From: Lytechinus pictus
Taxonomy: Eukaryota
Reading direction: 5' to 3'
Length of the DNA: 64,000 nt
NCBI RefSeq assembly: GCF_037042905.1
Contig: NC_087250.1
Coordinates: 13,642,001-13,706,000, forward strand
Shown: piece after piece, positions 12,923 through 31,120 of the stretch
Layout: every line of letters begins with the position of its first letter
Numbering within the stretch: the stretch's first letter is position 1
Notes under the pieces: generated by a model
Told to the model about the DNA's origin: nothing
Seen by the model: the letters and a program-made list of their open reading frames with translations, nothing else
The model's database searches: none
Program-made: the position numbers and the translations under genes

Positions 12923-13816
12923 TTAAAATATAATCATTTCAAAGCACAACTGTTCATGAATGTCTTTATGGCAAATCATGAACAAAAAGTTACAATCATG
13001 ACAGGTTTAGAGATACTTACACTAACAAATGATTGTAACTGATTGTACTTGGTTGTACTTGATAGACTTGCGATTATGATTTATTTAACAAATTATTGTT
13101 TGTTTTTTCTTAGAGGGCTCAGATATGTTATACCAGGGGCGTGTGCCCATTTCAGGTGTCACGCGCGTAAAACATTCCCCATAGACTTGTGTGTTAAAAT
13201 GGCACTTAAGAAAAATTCATACAAAATAAATGTGAAATTAGAGGGTCGAATGTTTACTACCTTTGGATAGGATATATATCTGACCAGAGAAGGGTATCGT
13301 AGCCAGCTTATTTTAAAAATAAATCGCCATTTATGAAGATAACTATGATGGGATCAAATTCATCAACTGAAACAGTAAAATAGCCCCAATTCATCCGCCA
13401 GTCAAAAAATAGTTCCAAATCATTGATATATCTTCCCAATTTTAGCAAAGGAAGTTCAGTAGTTACCATTTCTAGAATCAGTGTTAGATTTTGAATCATA
13501 TTCATACACTTTTGTCAATCAGCAATATCAAATTGAAAAAATTCGAATGGGTTGGGTCGAACGAATATCTTTAGCCCTCCTGATGTAATTAGGCTCATGG
13601 CACCTTCATCATGAACTACCCCCTCAGAAGAACAGCCTGTGGCTGAAGAGAGCCATCCAGCCAACGAGTGGAGAATAAATAAATAAATAAGTAAAAAAAT
13701 ACATAAATGAATAAATACATACATAATTGAATGAATGTAAATAAACAAATGAATTTAACTAATCAGAGAAGAAGACAAACTGCTTGTAAACCAAGTGAAT
13801 ATTACAGGTTATGTGT

Positions 13817-14092
13817 GGACATCGTGGTCTAGAGGTTATGACTCTCGTCTTTCAATCAGAGGGACGTGGGTTCGATTCCCAGCCATGGCGTGTTTTCCTT
13901 CAGCAAGAAATTTACCCACATTGTGCTGAACTCAACCCAGGTGAAGTGAATGGGTACCTGGTAGGAAGAAATTCCTGGAATGATCGAGCGCCTACTGGGC
14001 AACTCATCTAAAGCCGAGGTAATAATAGCAGCGATTTGTATCCTCAGGCAATTAGTCCTTTATATATCCACCTATTATTAAAATTATTATTA
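13817..14092 (+). mobile_element. tRNA-derived SINE
   Basis: A/B boxes (TGGTCTAGAGG, GGTTCGATTCC), core CACATTGTGCTG..CTCAACCCAGGTGA..GAATGGGTACC, (TTA)n tail. Confidence 0.85.
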
Positions 14093-14860
14093 AGCTACTT
14101 TTTCAATAAACAAAGAAAGAAAGGATTTGAAGGGATGATTTGGAGAGTTGATTTGATCTAAATGTTTCCCTTTTGATGGGAATGAGCCTAATAATAAATA
14201 AGAATAAGTATTCAAAAGAAAAAAGGGAAAACCGACAGAAATAAGAAATTCACTGATTCTGAGACCAAAAGATATATTTCTATAAAATATTTTTTTATTT
14301 CCACCTTTATGATAATCTATACAGAAAATAACACATTCTTTTTATAGTATAATTACAATACAATTAGAATATTGCATGATTTGCATGGCTTAGGGAGTAA
14401 AGCACAGAATGGCCAAAGAAAACAGCTTCTCAAAATAGCTCCAATAAATGCTGTAAATGACTAAATAACACAACAGATACAAAATCAAAATCTCAGTATA
14501 GAATTGTATACAGGCTCGATGGGCTGTTAAAACCTCGCATCCCAACATTAAAAAAATTGAGGGCAGCTACAAAAAAATCACTTTATTACTTTAGAAATAT
14601 GGCAATGGAGGTAATTTCATCTTGTGTCTGTAAACAGTCTCCTAATCCCTGCAGAGAACTCATTTCAAGCATCGATATAATATTCATATAACAAAAACTA
14701 GATAGAGCAACAAAAACACTCTTTGAGGCCACAGGAAACAAAACTACTCCAAACGGTCAAGTGCGCAAAGAGTTCCACACATTTTCCTTGTGTGTGTGTG
14801 TGTGTTGTTTCTTACGTGTTGGCCCATATACTGTTGATTGTGTCATGGAGTACTTTGTGC

Positions 14861-15127
14861 CATTGGCGGCGGAAGCAAAAAAATTTAGGGGGGGGCCCAC
14901 CTGAAATTTTTGGATGGACACTGAGAGGGAAAACATTCGACAAGCCCAAAAGAAAAAAAAAGGTTATCAACCTAAATTTTAGGGGGGGGGGACCACAAAC
15001 ATTTCAGGGGGGGCCCACATGAATTTAGGGGGGGACGGAGGAAACAAATTTGACAAGCAAAAAAAAAAAAAAAGGTATCAACAAAAAATTTAGGGGGGGA
15101 CCGTCCCCCCCGCTTCCGCCGCCTATG
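14861..15127. mobile_element. hAT-type MITE, 8-bp TSD
   Basis: CATTGGCGGCGGAAGC / GCTTCCGCCGCCTATG, TSD CTTTGTGC. Confidence 0.88.
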
Positions 15128-15733
15128 CTTTGTGCAGCAATCCAATCTAAAGGTTATTTGATGTTGCGCCATTTCCTTTCTGTTACAAAGTGCTGTGCAC
15201 ACACTACCGGTACTCCATGTGTGGGCCACTAAAACAATAATTAAACACCTCAGAATGGTCAGCTTAGTCCATGCAATTTATTGTCCTTTTTAGCAAAATA
15301 GATGTGATTTAATGGCTTTCTTGAATAATTCAACAAAAGAGGCTGTCATACAAGCTCTATCCTCTTTTTTTTTATACATGTATATATTGACGGACACAAG
15401 GTGGTTAGTCTCCAGGCACAGACCCTTATTCAAACTTTGATCAACGAGTGGGTCTTCACATTAAGACTAGTACAATACAACTTGCTCCTTGTGAATGACA
15501 GGGACCTTCTGTACACAAGTCATTGGCAGCATATGGCATGGAATTTAGGCTGCATATACAGACCACTTTCCTCGAATGATCCGTTTCTCCAGCAGACTAG
15601 ACTAAAAGGAGGTTGCCACTTCTGTAATAAGTCTTAAAAAGAGCTTTTTCTATGCTCTCCTAGAAATATTCAAATTTTGAGATGCACGGTTTCACCAGCC
15701 CACCGGTGATATACATATATCTGATGAGTCCCT

Positions 15734-16044
15734 GGCCCGTATTCTGAAGTCGGGTTTAACTTAAACTCAGGTTTAAAGTTGTGGTTTAAGTATGGATAGC
15801 AAATTGTTACATAATCATTAACAGTAGAGATATCATACTTTCAGCTCATTCGGCTCTCAAATCATTCATAATTGTGCAGGAAGTATAAACTCATGATTGT
15901 CTTTACCATCGATGAATCAGGAAAGAGCATAGTAAACATAAGAAACATAAAACTGAATAAAAATGTTGATACTTTTGGCTTCCCATACTTAAACCACAAC
16001 TTTAAACCTGAGTTTAAGTTAAACCCGACTTCAGAATACGGGCC
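15734..16044. mobile_element. Harbinger-like MITE, copy 2
   Basis: TIR GGCCCGTATTCTGAAGTCGGGTTTAACTTAAACTCAGG and its reverse complement. Confidence 0.85.
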
Positions 16045-16754
16045 CATGAGTCCAGGGCTTGAATGAAATATAATTACATAGGGTATGTAGCGCAAGGATC
16101 GCATTTTTTATATTCTAGGTTTTGACGTCACCTTATTGAATGTAATTATAGCATTGTAAACGGCAGCGGTATTATCACTTAAAGTGACGTCACTTGCTGC
16201 TTACAAGTTAACTTGATGTATGTGCCAGTGTGCATGCGTAGATTTCATGAAGCACGCGTTTGTTGTAATTATCCTAAATTTTTCTATTACGACATACATG
16301 GATCAGAGTAGCAGCAAGCCTTGCGAGTCTATCGTAAAATCTACATAGACTACATAATATAATAGATATTGCCTGGTCTATATTTTAATAAGTAACATTT
16401 CAATTCCCATACAAAACTATATTGGGCAAAATATTATCATTCCGTAAAAAAATGAAATGTTACATTCAAATTATCGGGAGGCAATAACTGTATGATACAT
16501 GTATGATCTGAATGAATTTACAGATTACAAAATATACATATAATTAGTGTTGTTCACTAATCAGTATGATGACACTGAACTAGCTGTGAAACTAGTTGAA
16601 TCTTTCGGGACCCCTGAAATCTCTTTAGAGTTAGAATTTGACCTTGACAAAATAACACGTTTTGCACAATCAGAGCCTCGCTGCATAAAAGTTGCAAGTA
16701 ACTTTGCCATCAAAGGTACTGTAATGGTAACAATGCTAATAATAAGTAAATCAG

Positions 16755-17160
16755 AAAGTCAAAAAGGGGCCTAAGCTTTCGATCCTAGCAGAATCTTCGT
16801 CGGAGGCAAAATGACAAACATATAAAGTGGAACAACCATAATATAGACCACAAACAAGCTACAGCAACACTAGAAACAAGGAGACAAAAGGGGCATTAGT
16901 GAGTAGAGAAGACCAATCAGGTTAGTGAAGGGGATGAAAGAAAAGGAGTAGGCAGACGCAAAGGGAAGTTAGTGTAAGTAAGGCCAGTAAAAGACCTCAA
17001 GCCAAGAGGGATTAAAATATTATTTACTTTATATGTTTGTCATTTTGCCTCCGACGAAGATTCTGCTAGGATCGAAAGCTTAGGCCCCTTTTTGACTTTC
17101 TAATTTACTCCATTGGCTCTCTTTTATTAGATAAGCAGTTTTCAGCAGCTTCTTTTTGCC
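16755..17160. mobile_element. Penelope-like (PLE) pLTR inverted insertion
   Basis: ~75-bp perfect inverted repeat (16754-16828 vs 17026-17101), 14-bp TSD AATAAGTAAATCAG (16741-16754, 17161-17174), hammerhead-like motif in each arm. Confidence 0.7.
17047..17085 (+). ncRNA. Minimal type I hammerhead ribozyme-like motif (variant core); mirror copy at 16769-16807 on the minus strand
   Basis: GCCT-CCGACGA-A-GATT(CTGCTAG)GATC-GAA-AGCT-T-AGGC: stem I GCCT/AGGC, stem II, palindromic AGCT. Confidence 0.5.
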
Positions 17161-17572
17161 AATAAGTAAATCAGTCATTAGAATCTTTTAGGGAAGGTAT
17201 CATTTGATGGCAAAGTTACAATAATTAGTAACTTCTAAGCAATGAGCAAATTTATGGTCTAAAAAAAATAGGGGATTATTTGACTTGGAGAAGCTCATGC
17301 AGACATAAATATATCTTGCGATGAAAATTTCGATGAGTAGACAACATTCGCTTCGGAATATGTCTCCTCTGACAGAACAGAACATTTGGGGTTTGTTTTG
17401 AACATCGAGGCCTGTATTCTAAAAAGAGGTTTCAATTGTATCACAGTACAAAACCGTGGATTATGCAGATTTCTCCATATTGTCACCCTTCCCTTTGAGC
17501 GCCCTTTGCCCAAAACTGCACATTTAGTTGGATTTTTCAGTGTACACGATGAAATAAGCGTTATTATAAAAT

Positions 17573-17930
17573 AATAAATAATAATAATAATGTGACTTAC
17601 AAAGCGCCAAACCACTCTGTAGAGTGCTCAAGGCACATAAAGAGCTAAGAGTTAAATAAAAAAGTTTTTTAGAAGATTTTTGAAAGTTTCGACAGAGGTA
17701 CATTTTTTTTAATGTCTTCAGGAAGGCTATTCCACAAAGTGGGGCATGCAAAAGCAAATGATCTTTCCCCCCAAGTTTTTGAAACTTTTGGAATGACAAG
17801 GAAGCCAGAAGTGGATGAGCGCAAAGACCTGCTTGGTCTGTAGTAATTGATGAATGAAAGACTGTATTGATGTGCTGATCCAAGAAAACTATTATTTTGC
17901 ACAAAAATCTGCTTAGTCTATATAGTTCAG
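17573..17930 (-). mobile_element. L2/CR1-group LINE 3' end
   Basis: YRPSRSLRSS...LVIPKVSKTWGERSFAFACPTLWNSLPEDIK, followed by a short 3' UTR and (TAT)n tail. Confidence 0.88.
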
Positions 17931-19597
17931 TACCATGGAACAATCGAAACCTGTTTCGAGAATAAGGGGCAATAACTTTATGTACAGTAGTTCAAATTGC
18001 GATAAATAGGAATGGCAGGCTATTAATACAATATACATCTTAGATTCATTAAACAACTACATGTATTTTGGCTATTTAAGAAATCTCCATGATGTTATAG
18101 TCTTTTCATTAGAAGCAGTGGCAATATAAACATAAAAAGAAATTTCAGCAAACACAGGAATATGAAATATGCTTGCATGCTTAGCTACATGTAGATAAAA
18201 TAATGATAACTATAAACTAGGATAAATACAAATATAAAGTAGAAATAAAATCAATCATATTTATATTCCAAGTACTGACGAATTAAAACATTATCTTTTT
18301 ATAACTTTGACTGAAATTCTATCATCATTTATAGTATCAGTTTATACCATTTTGTAGATATGATTGGCTTCCAGTGTTCCCACAGCATTATAATTGATTG
18401 TCATTAAAATCTGGGTCTATTAGCATTTTCTCCCAAAAAATATTTCATATTAGGGGTTAATTTACAAATCTTCTCACAGCAATTCTGAATTTTAGGGGGT
18501 AATTTTGCTAGTTTTCTTTCCAAATACCTTTGATAATGGATGTGATTTAGATGGCTTCCCTCCTAATGCACATAATAGTGGTAAACAAGTCAGAAACCTA
18601 ACCCATTCTTATCCTTATAGGGGGTATCTCTTTATAAGAAGAGCCAGAAACAATCACATATGCAAATGGTTGACCACCTACTAAAGAACCAGGCCGGTAC
18701 TCAATTTGATACTTCAGCCCGAATTTAAACTATTTTACTCAGTATTTTGCTTAAGTAAAATACTTATCTATCCTTGGTATTCAATTGCATGTTTTGGCTA
18801 AGTATTTTGCTTCTTTTTTTTTAAATCTAAGTCAGCCGCTTACCAAATTTAAGTCTGGCTTGCGTGCAGTTTACAAACGTGATACGCATAGTCATATATT
18901 CTGCACACAGATGGATTCATACATTGTGATTTAGCTCAACTTTTATGTCAGAATGGTTATGGCTTGATAAAGTAAAGTACTTAAATGTGATCTGAATACG
19001 AGTTTAAGCATTTTGCTTAGCCACGTTAAATCAGTGCTTGAAATTAAATACCAGCCCTGAATCTTGTAAGTGAAACAGAATTTAATTTTCCCAAAAATTT
19101 GCAAGATCTTTTCCTGAAGGCATGATGATCTCCTAAAATCATGACAAAAATTCACTTAAAATCATTAGATTTTCCTTGAATGCTAAACATGAATGTCATA
19201 GAAAGCTTTCAAACTCAACACATGTAATCCCAACCATCAGGGGTGTGAGTGGTCACAAATAAAAAGATCTGAAAAAAGCTGAAAGAGTGTTGAAAAAGTC
19301 TGAAATAGAAAGAGCTCCCATACTTTTTGTACAGAGGAAGGCCAAAAATAAGCTGAAATTAAGCTGAAAATCAAAAAAAAAAAAAATCTGAAATCAGATA
19401 GAAATCTGAACTCTCACACCCCTGAACCATACAATCTTGTGTCGGTTTCATCATTTCTTGACAATCATTTAAGTCCATGCAGCCACATCACTTTGGCGCA
19501 GCTAATCAGTGATCTCCAAAGATCATATTTTTCACATGTAGTCCCACACACTCATTTTGCTGTAATCAGTCCATGATATACCTCAAGAGCAATTCCT

Positions 19598-25795
<6,198 letters not shown>

Positions 25796-25799
25796 TACT

Positions 25800-25960
25800 G
25801 ATATATAACACAACCAAAGTTTTCAAATGACAATGAATCGCTTCTTCAGATAACGAAGCAGTTAGGATGATTTGGCGTTTAGGTTTTTGATGGGGATTTT
25901 CCTTTCGCAATGTTTACGTTTTTGCCAAATAGGAAATAAGACGTCACCTGAATTTGACTG
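25800..25960 (-). promoter_or_regulatory. Putative LC3 promoter with forkhead/FoxO and CRE-like motifs
   Basis: TGTTTAC at 25911-25917 and GACGTCA near 25940-25947, just upstream of the ATG. Confidence 0.3.
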
Positions 25961-26734
25961 CTCCTACTAGTCTACAACTCAATTTGGTGCAGACGCGCTA
26001 CTTTACTTACTCTTTTTTTTCTTCTGGAAAAATACGTAAAATAAGCTGTAGCTGTCATTTTCATGTGTTTAGAAAATATGTTCTTAGGCCTGTATATGGC
26101 TAACATTTCAACAACGAATAGGCCTACCCAAACAAAGAAAAAAAAAATTCCAAATGTGATGGATAATAGCTCCGCTGGCCGGGGGGCCGGGGCACATGCA
26201 CACTTATGTTACAATTACATCTGGCACTTTATAAACTGTTAAAACTAAAGCTCAGTAAAGAATAAGATAATTGCATAACTTGGTTCGTAGGCCTATCTGT
26301 AATGAGGAAAAATTAGCCTATATGTTTAAGAGCTTCATAACTTATCATATTAACTCTTATCACACTTAACTTATCATATTCTGTCAATTTTGTCCCATAT
26401 TGCGTATTAGTTTAATGTTTTTGTTCTTTTTTTTTCATAATCTAATTAGATATGGTTTATACAGATTAAATTTAGATACTTTTTTTGTAAAAATCAAAAA
26501 TGAAAATAGTGAAGCAGATCACCAGAGAAAAATGCTCTAGATATTCAGCTGCTTACAGCATGCAAGTATGATGAATTGTGAATAAACCCCTTGTTTATAG
26601 AGTTACAAAAAATCTATCTTTATATATGATTATCATAACCTGAATGAAGGGTATTTTCTTTTAGCAAGTCAGAAAAAAAGTTGGTAGTAAGTATAAAGGA
26701 AAAAGGTAATGAAGTGGGGGTTCTTTTAGTTTAA

Positions 26735-27309
26735 AGGAGAATGAAACTCTTGGAGCAAGTTAGCTTTTGTGAAAGCAGAAAAATCAAAGAATAAGATCAA
26801 CAAAAGTTTGAGTAAAATAGGACTAGCAATAGAAGAGTTATGAGCATTTGAATGTCGAGATCACTAATGCTATGGAGATCCTCCCATTGGCAATGCGACC
26901 AAGATCTATGATGTCACAGATGAACAACTCTCCCCTTTTGGACACTGAAAATATACCCCAAAACATCTCTTTTTGCTCATTCTAATCATATGACAAACGA
27001 TTCATCAATGATATAATGTTGTGAAACCTCTGTACTTGTCCTCTCATAAAGAGAACACCTCACCTTGTGATAGACTCTATAAAAGTGAGAATATAAGTGA
27101 AATAAGTACTAAAGTAATGACGTAGTTGTACGTGTGTGACATCACAGATCTTGGCCGCATTGCCAATGGGAGGAACTTCATGGCATTAGTGATCTCAATA
27201 TTCAAATTCTCATAACTTTCTTATTATTCATTCAACCTTCCTCAAACTTTCAACAATATGTTTCTTTAATTTTTCTCTTTGATATGGATTCAGCTGATTT
27301 CATTCTCCT
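26735..27309. mobile_element. TTAA fold-back MITE, same family as 9540-10111, opposite orientation
   Basis: TTAA TSD, AGGAGAATGAA TIR. Confidence 0.88.
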
Positions 27310-29080
27310 TTAATAAGAGACATGATACCATCAGAAGAAAATTGCAGTAATAGCTGTGGAAGTATTTTAAAACATTTTAAACCTTGTACCTTTAGTAGCT
27401 TGTATTGTTTACTTGCTTAGGAATTTTCTCCCGTTTTGTTTTGCTCTCTAGCATTCCCCGCCTCCTCTACTTTTTCAACTTAATTTTCTATGTTTTTATC
27501 TATTCTTATTTTATTTATCTATTCATTTATTTATTTTATTTCATTTTTGGGGGTGTCTCTTCACCTCCCCCCCCCCCCCTTCAATTTTCCATTTTCTACC
27601 CTTTCACTATCTAGCTTTGCTCTGGACTCTCCTTTCCTTCTCTTTCTGGCATTCCCCCGCATCCTCTTGCTTTATTTTTTATTCAATTTTCTCGCCTATT
27701 TTTCCTGGCATACTTTCAACTTACCCCCCCCCCCCCCTCTCTCCCTCTTTCTCTCCCTCTCCTTATCCAGCTCTCCTGGGTAGTGTTTCATCAACATTTT
27801 CATCCGACAAGTTGTCAGATCTGACATCTTTCTCTGATGTTGATTGGCTGAGAGGTACTGTTACTATGGTAACTGTCGGATAAAATGGGACTTGTCGGAT
27901 AAAACGTCTGACAACTCCTTTCATGAAACGCCCCCCTGATCACAATTAACCACATATTCAATCCTGAAACTCGGCTACAGAACTATGAAGATATACAAAA
28001 ATAACATTTCTCAATATGCTGCTTAATTTATTCCTATATGACTATGACACACACATCACAAATAGACCACAAAGTGTACATCTTGAATATCACGAAACTC
28101 CAGTCCAAAGACAAACAAAAAAATGTACAGATTACATGTGCATGTCTGTGTTGGATGAAATATGAGAAGATAAATGCAATAAATAGCCAATATTACAGCA
28201 ACAAAGCCCTAAATTGAGACTCTTCATGTAAAATAGCATTTGTTGTTGATAAAATTGTCCATCTTACAGGCCCAGAAGTCAGTGCTAAAATTGATTCCTC
28301 AATATATTTTTTTTTTCAATCAATCACTGAATGACATGGCCAATAAAGATGAATGTGATATGTCATTTTGTTAACAGACATCTACCATAAACCAATGAAA
28401 ATTATTCAGTCATATATTTTCTCCATCATTTCTGTTATGTCACACTTTTGTGTTCAGGGGCCCAGATCACCTGTTGTGGATCAAATCTTGTGTAAAAGAA
28501 CAGCATAATTATGAAATAATGCTTTGGACGAAATGCTGATAAAACCTACCAGTTTCAAAATATTGCTCAAATACTTTTTTCAGACTGCCCATACATATAT
28601 ATGTCAACTTTTAAATATGTTCCAGTTTTGTCTATATACATTATCCGGAATGTATGTAGAATACAAATTGCATTGCACAGAACTGATAACTGAGAAAACA
28701 TCTTGGCAAGTATATATACATTGGTGTTTTTTTAAACTGAATATGATGCGATTATCGACTTTGTGATACATTATGTTTACATATACAGAACTTGATAAGC
28801 GTACATCATGAATAAACTCAACACATTATAAAATGTAGATCTAGGGGGGGGGGGTGTTTCACAAAATATGTATATTTCGGTCAGACTATAAATTGCAATT
28901 AATTTCTTGATAGTGGTATACAAACACATCGCAGCATTGGTTAGCTCCACCTGGGATACGTGCCTATACGTATCGTGGCTGGGCTGTTGAAACCTCATAT
29001 CTCAAAATTTAAAAAATGTTGAGGGCAGCTTAGAAAAGGCTGTATTTTAGAAATATGGCAATGGTAATTCCTAGATAGAA

Positions 29081-29213
29081 CTCTCCATTTCACTGCTACC
29101 TCCATCCAATTTCTTTAATAGTCTATCTAATTACTAATTGAAAAAATCCCAATCAGTTAGTAATTAGATAGACTATTAAAGAAAGTGGATGGAGGTAGCA
29201 GTGAAATGGAGAG
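29081..29213. repeat. Near-perfect 61-bp inverted repeat with 11-nt loop
   Basis: 29081-29141 complementary to 29153-29213 with 2 mismatches. Confidence 0.9.
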
Positions 29214-29654
29214 GCCAGAAAGTGGGAGGTTAGAAAGTAGAGTGTCTTTTGGAAATGAGCACAGTCCTTAGACCTTTTAACCAGACTAAAAAGTTGAGAG
29301 GCTTGAGTAGTTGGAGAGAAGGCTGGCTTGAGTCGACAAGTAGGGTTGTAGAACAGGAGAATTTTGTCAATTATTGAATGTTTGAATTTGCCAGCGCCAT
29401 AATATCAGGCTGCGATGAATGCAAGGAATGCTCCCCAGGGAGTGGAAATTGTGCACTTTTCGTGCAGACTGAAATGAATCCAATGACCAGTGTTAGTAGC
29501 AACATGCTGCAACACACATCGAGCCGTTATGGGAAAAGCGCTATATAAAAACTAGCTATTATTAATTCACTTTTACCTCTATCAACTTTTCTTTTCCTTC
29601 TAGGACTCAACACATACGCTGAAAAGGAATTTCTGACAACAGAAGACGATTATG

Positions 29655-30044
29655 TGCAATTCCATACGTGTCGTACGGGACATTTCAACAACAAATTCTT
29701 GTCTCTTGGCTAAATGATTGAGCAATAAAATTTTATTCTTTGCCAAGGATAAAGTTATAGTGGGGAGTCATGTGAAAAACTGATTACGAAAAATGTTTGA
29801 TTATATGTGAATTAAAGGTGGAAATGTTGTGTGTCTTACGGACTCAGAAATGTCCCGTATGACACGGGACATTTTCGCCTCCAATTCACCCATGGATGAA
29901 ATTGTTTTGTTGGTTGTCGTTTGTACATGACTACCAAGTAGTACTTTATTATTACCACAAAACAAATTGAAGTCCCTTGTTTGCTTGGACAGCAAGTACA
30001 AAAATGTTGTGAAAATGGCTGATTTTTCTAGAATGGAATCGCCC
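29655..30044. mobile_element. Harbinger-like MITE; inverted sister copy at 45628-46005
   Basis: GCAATTCCAT...ATGGAATCGCCC termini; shared CGTACGGGACATTT and AGGTGGAAATGTT blocks. Confidence 0.65.
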
Positions 30045-30944
30045 TTATAATGAAAATCATAAAAAAATAGGTGACATACCGTCTTTCACAAATTCATATA
30101 ACACTAGGTGATCTGTGATTTTTATACTGCTTAAAATAATATTCATAATATTAAAATTTCTGAACATATAAAATCTCTACAAGGTAAACTTTTCACTTAG
30201 TAATATCTTTATAATAAAAGTCTTATTAGAATTCATTCAAAAGTTTTAAAAAATTAATTTCAGTATTAATAAGCACAGCACACACTAAAAACAATGCATA
30301 ATAATTCATAGAAATGGCATAAAACAGTGCATAATATGGACATGAATATAGAAAAATAAAATTTCAGCAAAATAACACATTATTGACAAGTTCTGGTTAA
30401 AAACAAATATGCATTTTTAAGAATATATATAGTTAGCAAATGAAATGAAATCTAATTGGTATTACCAATCTAAAAATTATGGCGAAGACATGCTCAATAA
30501 GCCAGTTCGTAGTTCCTCTCTGCGCATGATCAGAAGATTCTGCGCATGATCAGAGGAAGGTCATTTGTACTAAAGTGACATGGTGGTTTAAAATTTAATG
30601 AGATAAGCACCAAATTCGATGTCTTGATTATTCATATATTCTTTTGAATTGTGTTTTTCATTCACATCCACAAAAAAAATGCGTCCACGAATGATTGGTA
30701 TATTTCACAGTTCGCCAAGTACATTGTACAACATCCTCTAGTATGCATTCAAAGTAGAAATGCAACAAATAACTTCATAGAGTGTTCATTGATGTGCTAT
30801 TCAATTTCTTCATCCCGCTATGTAAGGCATGCATACGTAATATCTTGCTTTGAAATCTACCTATCTTAATGAAAGAAATGAAAGGTCATTTGACCAAAAT
30901 TGTCCCCGAAGTAACTACGAACTGGTCTATTTGTTTTACATGGG

Positions 30945-31120
30945 TTTGTCATGGTCTACTGGTTCTGACTCGTGTCTTTTAAATAGAGGGTCGTGGGTTC
31001 AAATCCAAGCCATGGCACCTTTTCCTTCAGCAAGAAATTTATCAACACTATGCTGCACTCAACCCAGGTGAGGTGAATGGGTGCATGGTAGGATTAATTC
31101 CTTGGATGCACGGAGCGCTG
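30945..31120 (+). mobile_element. tRNA-derived SINE, 3'-truncated
   Basis: Same head and core as the 13817 copy. Confidence 0.75.

Noticed and set aside
13817..13890. tRNA-like sequences at SINE heads (also 20955, 51063)
   Set aside because: No proper acceptor stem; they continue into SINE core and tail
15721..15731. CTGATGAGTCC hammerhead core match
   Set aside because: No matching stem II partner, GAAA or closing helices; interrupted by a MITE
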